From Bilabrum cf. latius (taxonomy: Eukaryota): 64,000 bases of DNA. The notes below the pieces were generated by a model, which was not told where the DNA came from, made no database searches, and saw nothing but the letters and a program-made list of their open reading frames with translations. The stretch covers positions 310,001 through 374,000 of the forward strand of contig OZ237769.1 in assembly GCA_965178125.1 (NCBI GenBank), read 5' to 3'. The stretch's first letter is position 1, and each line of letters starts with the position of its first letter. Positions 40,911 through 53,079 of this stretch are shown in pieces. A program made the translations under genes and the position numbers.

Positions 40911-41141
40911 GCATGCCAACCGGTTCACGCAGTACGTGGAGGACATGGTGGTTTGAGTTGTGCCATGGGATGTTGTTTGCACAGGTGTATTCATTGTGCT
41001 GGTGGAAGTGTTGGGGCGGGCAGGGAACCAGGCTTGGCTGGCCCTAGGCCTAGATCTAGGTGTGCCTGGATTCGATCCGGATTCCGGAATGGACTGGAGC
41101 ACCAAGACAAGTCTACACTTTGACCGGGATGCGAGTCAGAT

Positions 41142-42910
41142 TCAATCAATGTTGGGCGCACCCTCCTCAAGAAACTTGATCTGCGCCCCCATCCACTTCG
41201 TCCGGATAACCTGCCCGAAACTTTGTCTCTGCTGAAGCCTTCTCTTGTCGTGGCAGTGGCCAGCCCCTGTCGCCTCTGGAGCAAATGCCCCCGTGTCTGT
41301 CTCTTGCACCAGCAGCGGGTACACTTGTGCCTTCCTGTCTGCGGTTTCTAGCCCATTCACGTGCCACAGGGTCACAGATCGGATTACCTTTGCCTTGCCC
41401 AGTGCCCTCTCAATTCGTGGATATCTCGCTGCACGCTGTCCGTGCTAGACGCCCGTATCATCGGAGGTACCTCACCTCCGCCCGCGCCGCTCTGCGCCTC
41501 CAAGGAGGCCGCCAGTGCGGCTGCCAGCTGAGCATCCTCGTCCATGGGCACCTGTGATGGTGCCGGTGCTGGAACGGGTGCTGGCGCCGGTGCTGGCGCT
41601 GGAGCATCGGCTGCACTGGGGCTACCGTCCTACCTTCGTTTCTTCTCGGCTGGCTGGCCGTCTGCCTCCCTGCCCGATCCAGCCTAACCGGCACCGCTCT
41701 CTACGGGTATGCCACTGCTGCCTAGCACTTTCCCGTCTACCACCACCTGCAGGCTGCCGGCCTTGGCGGCTTCCAGCTGCTGCTTCTTCACCTGGGCCTC
41801 AGCTTTCTGTGCAATGTCAGACACACTAGGGATTGCACCGCCAGTAATGGCTGCTTGCAGTCGCTGCACCAAATCTAGGTCAATAGCAAGATCCCCGCCG
41901 GCACTGGAGCTGCTGCCAGAGGTAGACGCGCCCTGATAGGGTGACGGTGATGGCGCCGGTGCCGAAGATGCCGCACTGGTTCCGACAGTTGCCGTGGGCG
42001 TCTGTGGCCCTTTCCCCCAGGCATCTTCGGCGAGGCTCGCCTGGATGGCCGCCTCCTCCTTCTTCTTCTCCTTCTCTAGCCGCTGGGCTTCCCTGGCCGC
42101 CTTTGCTCTCGCCTCTTCTGCAGCCTCGGCTGCCTTGACCTTATCTCCCACCACCACGGGACCGGCCACCTCCCACAGCGCCTCGAAGAAGATGATGCCA
42201 TCCATCGCTTTGGCGCGCACCTTGCGCTCCAGATCCTCCCTGCTCTTCCTCTGTTCCTCCCTCTGATTATCGGCGGCCGTAGGCGGGAGCTCAGCGTAGG
42301 CTCCGGCACCCATGCCTCGCAGCACAGCCGGCACCTGCTCCGGCTGAATGAACCCGCCCCCGATCGCGTCCGCCTCGTTGAACGCCTCCCTGGCCTTGCC
42401 TTCGATCTCCGCCTCGTCCACCACCACTGGCTTTGCATCCGACTCGCTTCCCTCCTGGAGCCACTTGCACAGCACGCTCCAGAACGTGGACCAGGGCACA
42501 ACGCCCATGCCCTGGTCCAGGGACTTCGTTAGCAGCTTCATCTGCTCGGGCTAAGAGACGATCGGGAGCTCGAGCTCCTCAAGCACCTGAGGAAGCACCT
42601 CCAGCGCGATGAAACCGCCGCTGGATGCGTCGTGCTTGTCAAAGACGCGCTTGGCCGCCGACTGCGGGTCCGGTGTTCATGCCTTTGGGTCGGTCGAAAA
42701 CAGCACGCTGAAGTGCGACTCGCTATCCACCGACCAGGCTGGAAACCTCGGTTCCTTCAGGTAAGAGCCCACCTTTGTGGCTCTTGAAAACTCTAGCCTG
42801 GTGAGGTATCCCACGTACGGCTGGCTCATGATCCCCTTCATCATGAAGCCCCCTCCCACGTCTTTCTCCCCGTCAAACACCTCCGATGTGCCCCGCCCCG
42901 TGACCATCAG
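41142..42910 (-). pseudogene. 5'-truncated MINDY-3/4 (FAM188) deubiquitinase with EF-hands and UIM-like motifs
   Basis: Motifs LMVTGRGTSEVFDG, VGYLTRLE..KVGSYLKEPRFPAW..SESHFSVLF, TLWHVNGL, IRTKW. Lesions: catalytic N-terminal part absent (cut at the satellite), in-frame TGA at 42679-42677, apparent 1-nt frameshift near 41413. Confidence 0.8.
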
Positions 42911-42972
42911 GTGGTGCAGAGGGAGGGCACGTGGATGGGCCGGGGCGCAGTGGTAGGGAGGCAGTGGGAGTC
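42910..42972. repeat. Distal part of one 92-bp satellite unit
   Basis: GGTGGTGCAGAGGGAGGGCACGTGGATGGGCCGGGGCGCAGTGGTAGGGAGGCAGTGGGAGTC, two mismatches to the consensus. Confidence 0.9.
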
Positions 42973-43526
42973 GAGGGGTTATGTGCTCTGTTGTGAGTTA
43001 GCAGATTAGTTTAATTTGCCACATGGAAGGCGCCTTTTCTTGAGTATGTCCCGATGCTAATGGCTCCGTTGTCAAACTTTAGGTTCACTGGTTGTTTGTG
43101 TCTGGTTTTAAAATTGTGTTAGAATTGTAATATATTGGGAACCCGTACCAGAATCCAGGATGCGTACTCGCTGGGTATTTAGTATGGGGCCCATCCATGG
43201 CCTGGTGGGGGTCGTGGCGGGGGCATGCCGATTTACCGGTGAGGATCCCGTCCCGGTGATTTCCCCTGCATACTTGCAGTAAACATAATACAAAGCATCA
43301 ATTGGCTCATCATGTTTGGCTGAAGGAATGTGTTGCGTTCCCTGCGAGGAACGTTGGTAGCGATCGCTTGGCAAAGTCGCTGCTGCAACGTACTACTAGT
43401 AGTAGCAACTGTTTACGGCCAAGCAGCAGCAGCCGTCCATTCTTCAGAAGCTGCTGCACAAACGCACTTTCATGGCAGACCGGGAGAAACGTGAGCGACT
43501 CTTTAAGCAGCAAATGGAAGATATGA

Positions 43527-44102
43527 ATGCTGCTGTTGCAAGTCAAGTGCCACTCCGGGGACCCCGCGAGGCGGAAATTAGAGCGCGGGACTACGGATTG
43601 CGGTCGGGGCAGCAGCCCAAAGGTAACGCCGCCCAAGACAGACAGCAGGGACAGGGTGCGCAAGCACCTCGACATTGATCCACAGCGCCAGGGAGATGCA
43701 CGGAACGGAGAGGCAGCGGTGGCACCGGAGGGCCAGTAGGCTCCTCGTCCAGGCACCGACGGAGCGCAACCAGCAGGCAATGGTCTTGGTACTGACTGCT
43801 GCTCAGACCAATGTTCGTGGTGCATCTACATGAGCACCGCAGCATGCGGAACTGTACCCGGAGGGAACTACATGGACGTCGCCAAGACCCTGTAGGCTCG
43901 TCTGTGGATCCTGGCGGCGATCAGCGCTGTGATTGCAATCGTGCAAGTCATCAGTGGCATCCTGAATAACACTCTTGACGAGAAAAAACTAGAGGTGGCT
44001 AACTGGGTCATGGTTTGTGTGAGCGGCATCGCAGCAGCATTAGCCATCCTCGGTCTCTGCTGGCGTACGCCGAGCTTTGAGCCTGTTCCGATTGGACAGT
44101 GA
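43527..44102 (+). CDS. Small protein with two C-terminal TM helices; true start may be 43472 via a frameshift
   Basis: ORF 43527..43739 reads through two TAGs into LWILAAISAVIAIVQVISGIL and VANWVMVCVSGIAAALAILGL; ends TGA at 44100-44102. Confidence 0.5.
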
Positions 44103-44461
44103 GGCTGGCACGGTCGATGAGCCCTGCAGCTCCGGGCAGGGTCAGCTGTTCGTTCGCGAACGTTCAGCTGATATGCCCCGTCGCTCTCTTTCTCAGCACC
44201 ATTAACTGGTGGGTCTACACATTTGTTACTGAACTCCGAGCAAGCATTACAGGATCATAGACGGGAATTGAATCCATGTGCTTAAACAGCTGTTGCATCA
44301 GCGAGTGCTCGATCCGTGGGCGCTGATCGCGTGACTGGTTGTGGCTGTATGCCAAGCTTGCTCTGGTTGTTCGTCAAAGGTCTTTGGAGTTCACCCAAAT
44401 CATTCGACGTACTGCACAGCATAGACTATCCGGATCGCAATGACGTGGTCTCTTGACGCTC

Positions 44462-45844
44462 TCACGGTCCAAGGGACATTTGGTCTGTCCCCGCTCGCAC
44501 GGCCTCCACAGCAATGGTGGGATCGTCGCCGTGCAGCAACTACCGCAGCTGGTCCTCCATCGCCTTGAGCTTCTTGCCGTCCTCTGCCGTTGCCACCTCG
44601 ATCTCGAACAGACATCCTACGCAGGGTGGCGCAAAGTCAGCCTATGGCTCTGCATCTGGATGCAATGGTTGCTATGGTCCGCCGAGTCGGTCGTAGCCCC
44701 GGTCCCAAGCCGAGGTCTTGCAGCCACCAAGGCGCTTGCCATGCTTCCCCGTTTGTGAACGGCGACGAACGGAGTTGACGGCTATGCCGTGGTCCGATAG
44801 CCAGTCTCTCACGAACCCACGCTGCTCGAAAGTGGGAGCAAATATGATCGATGCACCCTTTGCGGGCTTGCGGAGCACCCGGTAGACCCGGGGGTAGATA
44901 CGAGCAGGGTCCATCGCCTGTATTGGCCGTCCCCCCGGTTCCACCCCCGTGGGATGTTCTGTCTGGAAGCATGCTGGGAACCGTGTCATCTTGACCGCTG
45001 CCTAGCCTTCACTCGCGAATGACCCGCGAGAGAATCTGCTGGTCTCCTCACCACCCTCAAGATGGTCGGCTGCTTCCCACCGCTTGATATCATCGGCACA
45101 GTCGGGGCTATGTGGCCGCCTAAAACTCCCAACACCCTGTCTAATAAGCTCTTCAAACCGCCTACCGCCGCCTTTGGACCTAATCGTGACCCGGCTAGCG
45201 CCCAGCTGGGCCAGCCGGTCCTCGCGCACAGCAGCACCGGGCGGGCCGGGGCCGACGCCGGATGGGATGGAAGCATCGCTGATCCTGGCCTGCGTGGCCG
45301 CGCACTCTCTCTTTGAAGAAGTGGCTGCCGTTGCACCACGCAGTGCGGCGCCACACGGGTCGGCTGGGCGGCCATTGGCAGCGACCGATGCCGCGCGGCT
45401 CGCGGTCGACGATAGCTGGACCACTTGCACGCAGCCTGCGCAGCGCAGGGCTGTGCCATTCTTCTTGGCATGCGCAGGATCGGTGCCCCCAGTACCAACT
45501 GCAAGGCTGCTCGCAACCATCGAGGCTTTTGCTGTGGCGGTCGGCCTTGCCGCTGCCGGCCGGCCTCGGGCGGCCGTTCTGTGCTGTGATTCTGCCTGGA
45601 GGGTGTGGAGGGCCTTGGGAAATGACCTTTCAAGGTCCTCCTTCTAGTGCCGACACTCTGCGCGCCGGTGCGCCGGCCTAGAATGAGGGCCGCGTAGCAT
45701 GTGGCGGCAACGCGGGCGGGGATGCAGCGCGAGCGGATCACCATCGAGGACGTGCAGGGAGCCGTTCTCCCCGTGGTCGCCTGAGCTCCCGCTCATCATC
45801 GTCATCCTCATCTTGCGCATGCGATGGGTGCGCTCGGCTGCCAT
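44462..45844 (-). CDS. Paralog A of a three-member tandem family with an unrecognised C-terminal domain; 5' end uncertain (frame is open to ~46350)
   Basis: ORFs 45644, 45002 and 44672 are joined by TAG. Domain GASIIFAPT..FVRDWL..CLFEIEVATAEDGKKL..DDPTIAVE. TGA at 44464-44462. Confidence 0.6.
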
Positions 45845-46817
45845 CGGAAGGTAGACCGAGGCGCCGTGCTCGGATTCGGCAGTTTCCCGCGTCCAAGACG
45901 AGACGTGCTCTGCCTCGTCCAGGGATATGGTCTCCTTGTCGAGGGTCTACGGGTCGGGCTGGCCTGGCCCCGCCGGTTCGGCCTTTAGCCTGCCACCGCG
46001 TTGGCAGGTCGACCGCCGTGCCACCTGGGAAAGTGGTGGCTGGGCTTGGGAGCACGGGTTGTCGCAGGTATGCTAGAGACAGCGCCCCGCCTGCAACTCC
46101 TGACCCCCTTGCTACGCGGTGTCGGCCCTGCCTGTGCGCCAGCGCCGGCCTCCAACAAGCGATTTTGCCGCAACGTGCGCCAAGCCGGCGTCTAGGATGA
46201 GCTCTCCGGTCGGAGTGTCTCCAGTCGCAGGAGCACAGTGCACCCTAGGGTTCAAATGGTTTCTCGAGGCCTACACTGCGCACAACTCATCGCGAAAAAG
46301 GAGCGTTTCACGCGAAGATGATTTCACCGCGTGGCGGGTCCATTGTTTGCTGGCTCAATTGTTGGCACCATGAGCGCAGAATGGTATGTTCAAAGATGAC
46401 TCGAGGCAATGTTAGGCGTACCCCAAGTAGCTCTCACCTTTACGCACGGAGTCTGAAGCAATGGGCTCGGTTGCCGTCGTTGCAACTGCCGAGAAATGGC
46501 AGCCCATTGGAACCAGGAGGTCGCACGATCAACCCCCAGCGATGCAGCAGGAATGCCGGTAGCAGCCTAGGAGTATAGTGTATGATTGACTCAAGCAGAC
46601 GGGGACACTGGTTCAACAGTTCGGCACCAAGCGTTCGGGTTCAAGTTGTGTGACGTGGGGCGCACGTGCGGCCACCGTCATCCGACCGGTCAGCCGGTCG
46701 TCACACTCTCCCAGCCCACGAAAAAAAAAAACATGCCATTGGCTGTTGTACGAGAAGACTGCGACGCAGTTTATCAGACGCATTGCACATAGACGACGAC
46801 ATGGTCTCTTGAAGCCC

Positions 46818-47791
46818 TCACGGTCCAAGGGACGTTTGGACTGTCCCCGGTCGCACGGCCTCCATCGCGATGGTGGGATCGTTGCCGTGCAGCATCTGTC
46901 GCAGCTGACTCTCCATGGCCTCAAGCTTTTCGCCGTCCTCTGCCGTTGCCACCTCGATCTAGAACAGGCACCCCGTCGGCTCGATGCCGCGCGCTTCTCC
47001 CCCAGTCGGCGTGTCGGCCGCACGCTCCCTTCTAGATTTATAACAAGATTCGCCGCCACCGTCTCGCACTGCCACAACGGCCAGCCCCTCGCCCCGGAGC
47101 CACTCCAGCACGAAGTTCATCTGCGAGGCGGACGGGGCGAAGATCACAGAGGCGCCCTTGGTGCGCCTGCGGAACATCCTGTAGACCCGGGCATCGCTCG
47201 TTTGAATGCTGTGGCTGCACGGCGGCGCCGGGCACGGGCTTTCCGCACCACAGGGTGCTCGATGACCGTCGTCGTTGCCTGCCGCGCGGCGGCATCCTTT
47301 TCCTTTCGGCTGTTCCGGCGGGCGGGGACTCTCCGTGGTCGCGGTTGTGCCTGCCTTTGCCCCGCGCTGCGTGCTCCGTTGCGCGTGACCCGCCGCAGCT
47401 GCGGCCGGTTCCCGCGCGCCTGGTTTCACCGCAAGACGACGGCTCTCATCGGGCGGCGAGCCAGTCTGGCATTCGGGATCGCGCTCGCTCTCGCTGGTAG
47501 TGCTCCCACCGCTTTGGGCCAGCCTGCTAGAAGACCGGCGTTCATTTGTCGGATCCGGGGCATGGCTGGCGGCATCGTCCGCATCGCGTCCCGAGCAATT
47601 CCCCTCGCTGTCGATTTCGAAGCTCCTGCCTATCATGATGCCTTCCTGTGCGCGAGCCATGAACCCGCCATTTGTGGGGCTGTCCGTCCGGCCCACGTGT
47701 GTAGAGGCATCTTCCAGTACTTCACTCGCCGCCACAGTGCTCGTTCCATCCCCCGCGGCGGGTGCTCGCTGCTAGCTCGTCCGAGTAGTGC

Positions 47792-47824
<33 letters not shown>

Positions 47825-48446
47825 GGCTACTGCTGCGTGTTGTCAGGGGCTGGCCGGAACACGCGCAGGAGGGCAAAGGCGCCTGTGCCGCGGCCGCACG
47901 CTCCGAGGGGTCAGCCACGGAGCATCCCGCCGCTGCACCGCTCGGAGTGGGCTAGCTGGACGGCTCGATTGGCTCGAAGGAGAGTGAGGCAGTCATCATC
48001 GAGGCTGCTCGGTTGGCCGGTTCCTGCAATTTGGGAGCGCTCGACGAGGCGGCCGCTGCTGCTGCTACCCCTGCCGGGGTATTCCCTCCGGTATCCGCGC
48101 ACGGATGGACGCTACTTACAGCTGTGGAAGTCCACGGAGTGACCGTCGGGGCTGCCGCCGATGATGCACTGCCTCCTCTCGTGGGCGTACGTGGCCGGCT
48201 GGCACCATGCAACCTAGAAGTGGCTTTGCGGTCGCTGCATTCCTCCAAATTACAGGAAAGCATACTTGAGATTCTTGTATTCAAGCGCACTCGTGCCTGG
48301 AATCGTCGTGGCTGGGGCGTGGCGTGCTGTTGAGTATCCTGCCAAATCTTGCCACCACAGCTAGTAGGTCCGTCCGCTGGTCTGCCGCTCTTAGTATCGG
48401 CAGCACCAGCAGCACCGAACCGAAATTGATTCATAGTGGATCGCAT
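46818..48446 (-). CDS. Paralog B of the same family
   Basis: ORFs 47952..48512 and 46959..47735 are joined via TAGs. Domain GASVIFAPS..FVLEWL..CLF(TAG)IEVATAEDGEKL..NDPTIAME. TGA at 46820-46818. Confidence 0.6.
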
Positions 48447-49646
48447 AGCAGTGCATTTGTGCTCCCCCGGATCATAGCATGGGAAGCCAGGTCCGCTCGG
48501 CGTCGGGCGCACGTTGCCCCACCGGCGGGCCTGACGCTGAATCGCCGACGACGTATTGCCACGTGACGGCTCGCCGGCCTTGGCGACAGGACGGGCCTAC
48601 TTCTTCAGAAATGAATCATCTGCGGAGATATTTTGAAGCAGTGCAGTTATTTGCGGTGCACCTCGCGTATTCGTGCAAGCGTTTTGGAAGGGTACGCATG
48701 GTCCGGCTCAGCAGCAGCAATCCCAAGCCAGGCAGCGAATTTGACGCTTCCGCTTGAAAGCTGACAATGACAAGCAATGAAGTCAAATAGAATGAAGCGG
48801 GTGCCGCAGCTCACAGCACTCAAGCGGCTCCATCATATCGTCTTCGAAGTCTGGTCGCGTGGCCCTCGAGCCGGTACAGCCCATCGGACAGTATCGAATT
48901 GGCTCCAGTGTCTATTCCGCAAAGTCGTGTGCAGTAGCTTAGTACCTCAGGGATCTTATCTAGAAGTACTATAAAAAAAAATGGAGCCGCCGGGTCTTGC
49001 AGCGACCGCTGTGTTGCTCCGAACCGGAACCACCACTGGCAATGTGGCAATTCCTGAGCCAGCCCTTTTCGAAGGCCCGGGTATCATCCTTGTCAGGTGC
49101 CCTGCCTCGTGATCGGTATGATATACATTCGGCTTGATCCCAGCTCGCCAGCCTTTGCACGGCTCTACGCCTAGATCTATTCCCCCCGATCTTGGAGCAA
49201 CGAGGACCCCGCGCAGCAGCATTCTCGCACAGCCAGCACTTGCCACTCCGAAGCGGCTGACCGCTGTAGCAAGCTTCTTAGCTGCATGCGAGGCCTCATA
49301 AAGCTATGAAAGCGCATCGCTGGCCGCCTAACATGCTCCCAAGCCTGGCCTATCTCTCTGCGCCCCTGACAATTCTGTCACCCGCGCAGATTAGCCACCC
49401 GCCCAGCTAGCCGTCTCCCGCAGCACGCTTTCAACTCCTGCCAGTGGACTCACTCTCACCCGTAGGTACTGTCAACTGCACTCTGTTTCTTGCTATCGAC
49501 TCGGGCACCGCGCCCGCAGTCGAAGTGTACATCGCGCTGCTAGACCCCAGGCTGGTCAGTAGCAGGACAAACTGTCCTTGCCCTTGTCCGTGTCCGTGTC
49601 CTTGGCCTTGTCCTTGTCTCCATCTCGGTCGTGCAGACGGCCGCTG

Positions 49647-52198
49647 TTACGGCCATTTGGGGCCACCGCCGCTATTTTCATTACTCTGGCGCTTCTAGAC
49701 GGCCTCTAGACGAGTTCTTTCCCTGCCAGGCCCACTCTGCACGAGCACTCCACTAGACGATCCAGCACCGGCTTTCGTCGTTTCCTATAAGGGCCGAAGC
49801 GTTGCCTGGACAACAGCGGCACGACCCGCCGATGTGCGGGCGGAGGCAGCGAGGGCAGCAGCATCGCTTCGTGCCCGAGCAGCAGCTTCCGCCCGCATCC
49901 TCCCCCTCTTCAGAACGGAGCCCTCCCCGGTTGCGACCCGCCGCCGGACCTCCGCCCGCCTCTATTGTTCCCTGGCCAGCTGCCGGGCCCGCGCCTTCTC
50001 TGCCCTGCGCTGCCGGCGCAACAGGGTGCCCGCGGGCGTGGATCCGGAGCCGGAACCTATCCTCTCCATTGTGCCCCTGGCTAAAGTGCCACCTCCACCC
50101 CCATCTCCACCCGGCGCAAATCTCGTGCTCGCGGTCATAAAGCGGCCATCTTGGACTGCGCCTGCTGCCTCCATCTATCCCGCCAGGCTGCCTGCATCAT
50201 CACCGCCACTGCCGCTGCCGCTGGTGGTGGTTGTGCCGGTGGTATCCGACCGGGAGGAGTCCAGCGCCCGCTCCACAGCGATGGTATCATCTCTCCCGTT
50301 GAGAAGCCTTTTTAGCTTGCCCGCAACGGCCTCCAGCCTGCGAGCGTCCTCGTCGGTTGCAACCTCGATCTCCAGCAGCCCCCCCCTCGAGCCTTCGTGC
50401 GGGCCAGGGTGCCGGGCCGCAATCACGCTGATGCGCTTGCCAGACAGCCACCGGCGCACGTACGCCCGTTGTTCCCCTGTAGGGGCGAACACCACGCTGC
50501 GCGCCTTGCCGCGACGCCGCACACGGAACGTCGTTCGCTTGCTGCTCATCAAGGTTCCGCTGGTCGCGGGATCGGCGCCGCGCTCGCGACCTGCGTGGTG
50601 CCGGCCGTTTGCGCCCGGACTCGTTGGTTCCGTTGGTTCCCCGGTAGACATTTGTATGGTCCTATGGGGCCCGTTGACAGCCGCACTCGTCACACCTCGA
50701 TCACGTCTCAGCGGTTCGTCTGTCCCAGGCTGGCGCGGGCTGCGGTATCCTCTTGCTCGTCCTCCTCCTCCTCCCCACCCCGCAGATCTGGGTGTTCCTG
50801 CTCCCCTGGAGCCCATGGCCCCGGTTGCCAATGCCAGCGGGGAAGATGATGCGACCGGGGACGAGTTGCGACGAGGATGCAACTGCGCGGCGGGCTCTCC
50901 CTGCCCTGCATGAGACTAGGCGTAGGCGCCCATGAGCAGCATTGGTCGCTGCTGGTCGGGACTGCATGCATACACACCGTCGGTGCCGCCGTCAGCGATG
51001 ACCATGCCAGGGATCACGAGCGTTTCATCCCGGCCTACTGAGCCGATACCGTGTGACGAGTGGGCCTGCCGGGCTACACCGGCGGCGTCGGCGCCGGAGT
51101 AACCGGAATTGCCATGGTCCTAGCCAGTGCCACCAGAGTGGTCGGATATGGCACCAGGGTGCATCGCACTGCCGTTACCGGTACCGGGGATGCGGGTCAG
51201 TGTCCTGAAACGGCCAGTGGGATGGTGACCCGCAGTGGTACACGGCTGGCTTGGGTCGAAACCGGGGTTGCGACCAGAGTCGCCACGAGCCGGTCGCCGG
51301 CCCCTGCTTGGAGCAACTGCTCCGCGGGGCTGCTCGCTCTCGGCCTGCACGCCCGCCCCCGATGTGCTACATGCCTCTATCGGGCCGGTTTCCCACTGGC
51401 ACTCTGTATCGGCTGCTCCCTCCCTTTCACTGGAATCGTTATCGCACTCGTCACTCCCCGTTTGCTCTGCAGAGCCCTGCAAGTACTGCTATCCTTCACC
51501 GGTCGGTCTGCTCCCCAGTTGTCCCTGCCCCTCCTTTAATCGAGCGGGGCCTCTGGCGGCTCCCACATGACCAATAGGTTCGATGGAATCCATGTTTCCG
51601 GCATAGGCGGGGTGGTATAGCGCGTGCACGGATTCCGTCATCAGCCCCGCGATGCCTTGTGCTCGCCCGCGAGCAACTGCTCCGGGTACCGAGGAGCGGG
51701 CGCTTCCCGGTTCTTGCACGGACAGCTCCATGCTATCCTGCTCGCTTTCATTCCCGTTCATTTGCACGCTTTGGCTGGAGCTAACGTCCTGGGATGACAT
51801 TTCTTGCGAGGGCGCCGCCATGACAAGCTGCTGCTCCACAATCCGTCGCTGCTGCTGGTAGCCGAGCGTCTGTTGCTGAGCGTCCTTCTAGGCAGCGCCT
51901 CTCCATGTTCTAGGAACACTTTCATCGAGCAAGGATGCTGCAGGTCCTCTTGGTGTCGCTTCCGAGTCGAGCCGGTCCGTGGCCCTGGATGCCTCCTTAG
52001 CGGGTGCGTGTTCGGGTCTTCTTCCCGCCCCCTGTTGCATCGACAAAGAGTTATTAGTTCTACCGAGACTTTCAGTCCTCGCCGAGTTTGTTGCTTGGTT
52101 AGGGTGCGTGGACGACAGCGCAACGGGGAGGGCATCCTGACGTTGACTTTGGGCTGTTTGCGGCTCACCGCCAGTCTGCACTGGTGCAGGGTTCCTTC
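49647..52198 (-). CDS. Paralog C of the same family (more diverged); first exon not located, 3' end ambiguous
   Basis: ORFs 51888, 51489, 51120, 50175 and 49962 are in one frame joined by TAG. Domain ARSVVFAPT..YVRRWL..LLEIEVATDEDARRL..DDTIAVE. Probable acceptor CAG at 52201-52199. First non-TAG stop is TAA at 49649-49647. Confidence 0.55.
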
Positions 52199-52926
52199 CT
52201 GCGAGAATATACGAGACAATCAATAATATTTTGGCGCTGGTGTGTATTAAATGGCAGGTGTCGCAGCGAGCGAACGTGCCGCATGTTGACCCAACGCTGC
52301 CCGGCTATGCACATCGAATCATATGGAGAGCACCAGGTCGTGCAGAGAGCTTTTCGGCAATGTAAAGCTTCAACAATGATTCTTGCGTATGCTACGAGCT
52401 AAAGTCAGCAACAGACAGCCTGGCGCAATTCCAAAGTACGCAACAACTGCGATTCAGCCGAACACGAGCCGGCGCTGCAGCCGAGCTGGGTCTCCAATGG
52501 ATATCATAGAAACATTCGAACATGTTTTAATTAATCTAGTGCGGATTCCGGCCAACGTATGCGGGAGCGACCTTACGTTTCAAGATGGCGCTGCGCGCAG
52601 AGGAAGATGGTGCTTCAAGCTGGGTCGATGTGCCACAGCCCATTCCGCAGTTTATGGAACAGCTGACCCAGTTCTCAAACCTTTGGCACAATAGCTCAGT
52701 ACCGTGTTTGATTGTCCGGTGGCAACTCTCTTTGACTTAGTAGAAGCAAGTTCGGGCACAACGAACTTGCTCTTTCGCCGGCGGTCGCGCAGGGTGGTCG
52801 CAAAGGCCGGTTGCAGTGCAGGGATGGCGAGGATCTCCCATCGACGCGGCCACATGGACGCCGAAGCAAGCACTTTCAGGCAATTGGACGCAATGAACCA
52901 CTTGATGCGTCCGTGACTCGGCTTCT

Positions 52927-53079
52927 AGCAAGCCAGCAGCGAGCAGCATGTGCATTCACGTTGCGTCCTCCACAGCAGCAAGCCAGCAGCGAGCAGCATG
53001 TGCATTCACGTTGCGTCCTCCACAGCAGCAAGCCAGCAGCGAGCAGCATGTGCATTCACGCTGCGTGCTCCACAGCAGC
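52927..53079. repeat. 50-bp tandem repeat, 3 copies
   Basis: AGCAAGCCAGCAGCGAGCAGCATGTGCATTCACGTTGCGTCCTCCACAGC x3; the third copy has two substitutions. Confidence 0.9.

Noticed and set aside
42677-42679. TGA as a second reassigned codon (Trp or Sec)
   Set aside because: It is a single case in a truncated, frameshifted copy, and TGA terminates nearly all intact genes here.
43130-43290. Possible structured ncRNA (GC-rich patch with AT-rich flanks, ending TTTCCCCTG like U1)
   Set aside because: No U1 5' ATACTTACCTG, Sm site or other family signature is visible. An Infernal/Rfam scan would be needed.
52389-52916. ~175-aa plus-strand ORF formed by TAG readthrough at 52692
   Set aside because: No motif or compositional support, and open frames of this length are easier to get by chance when TAG is not a stop.
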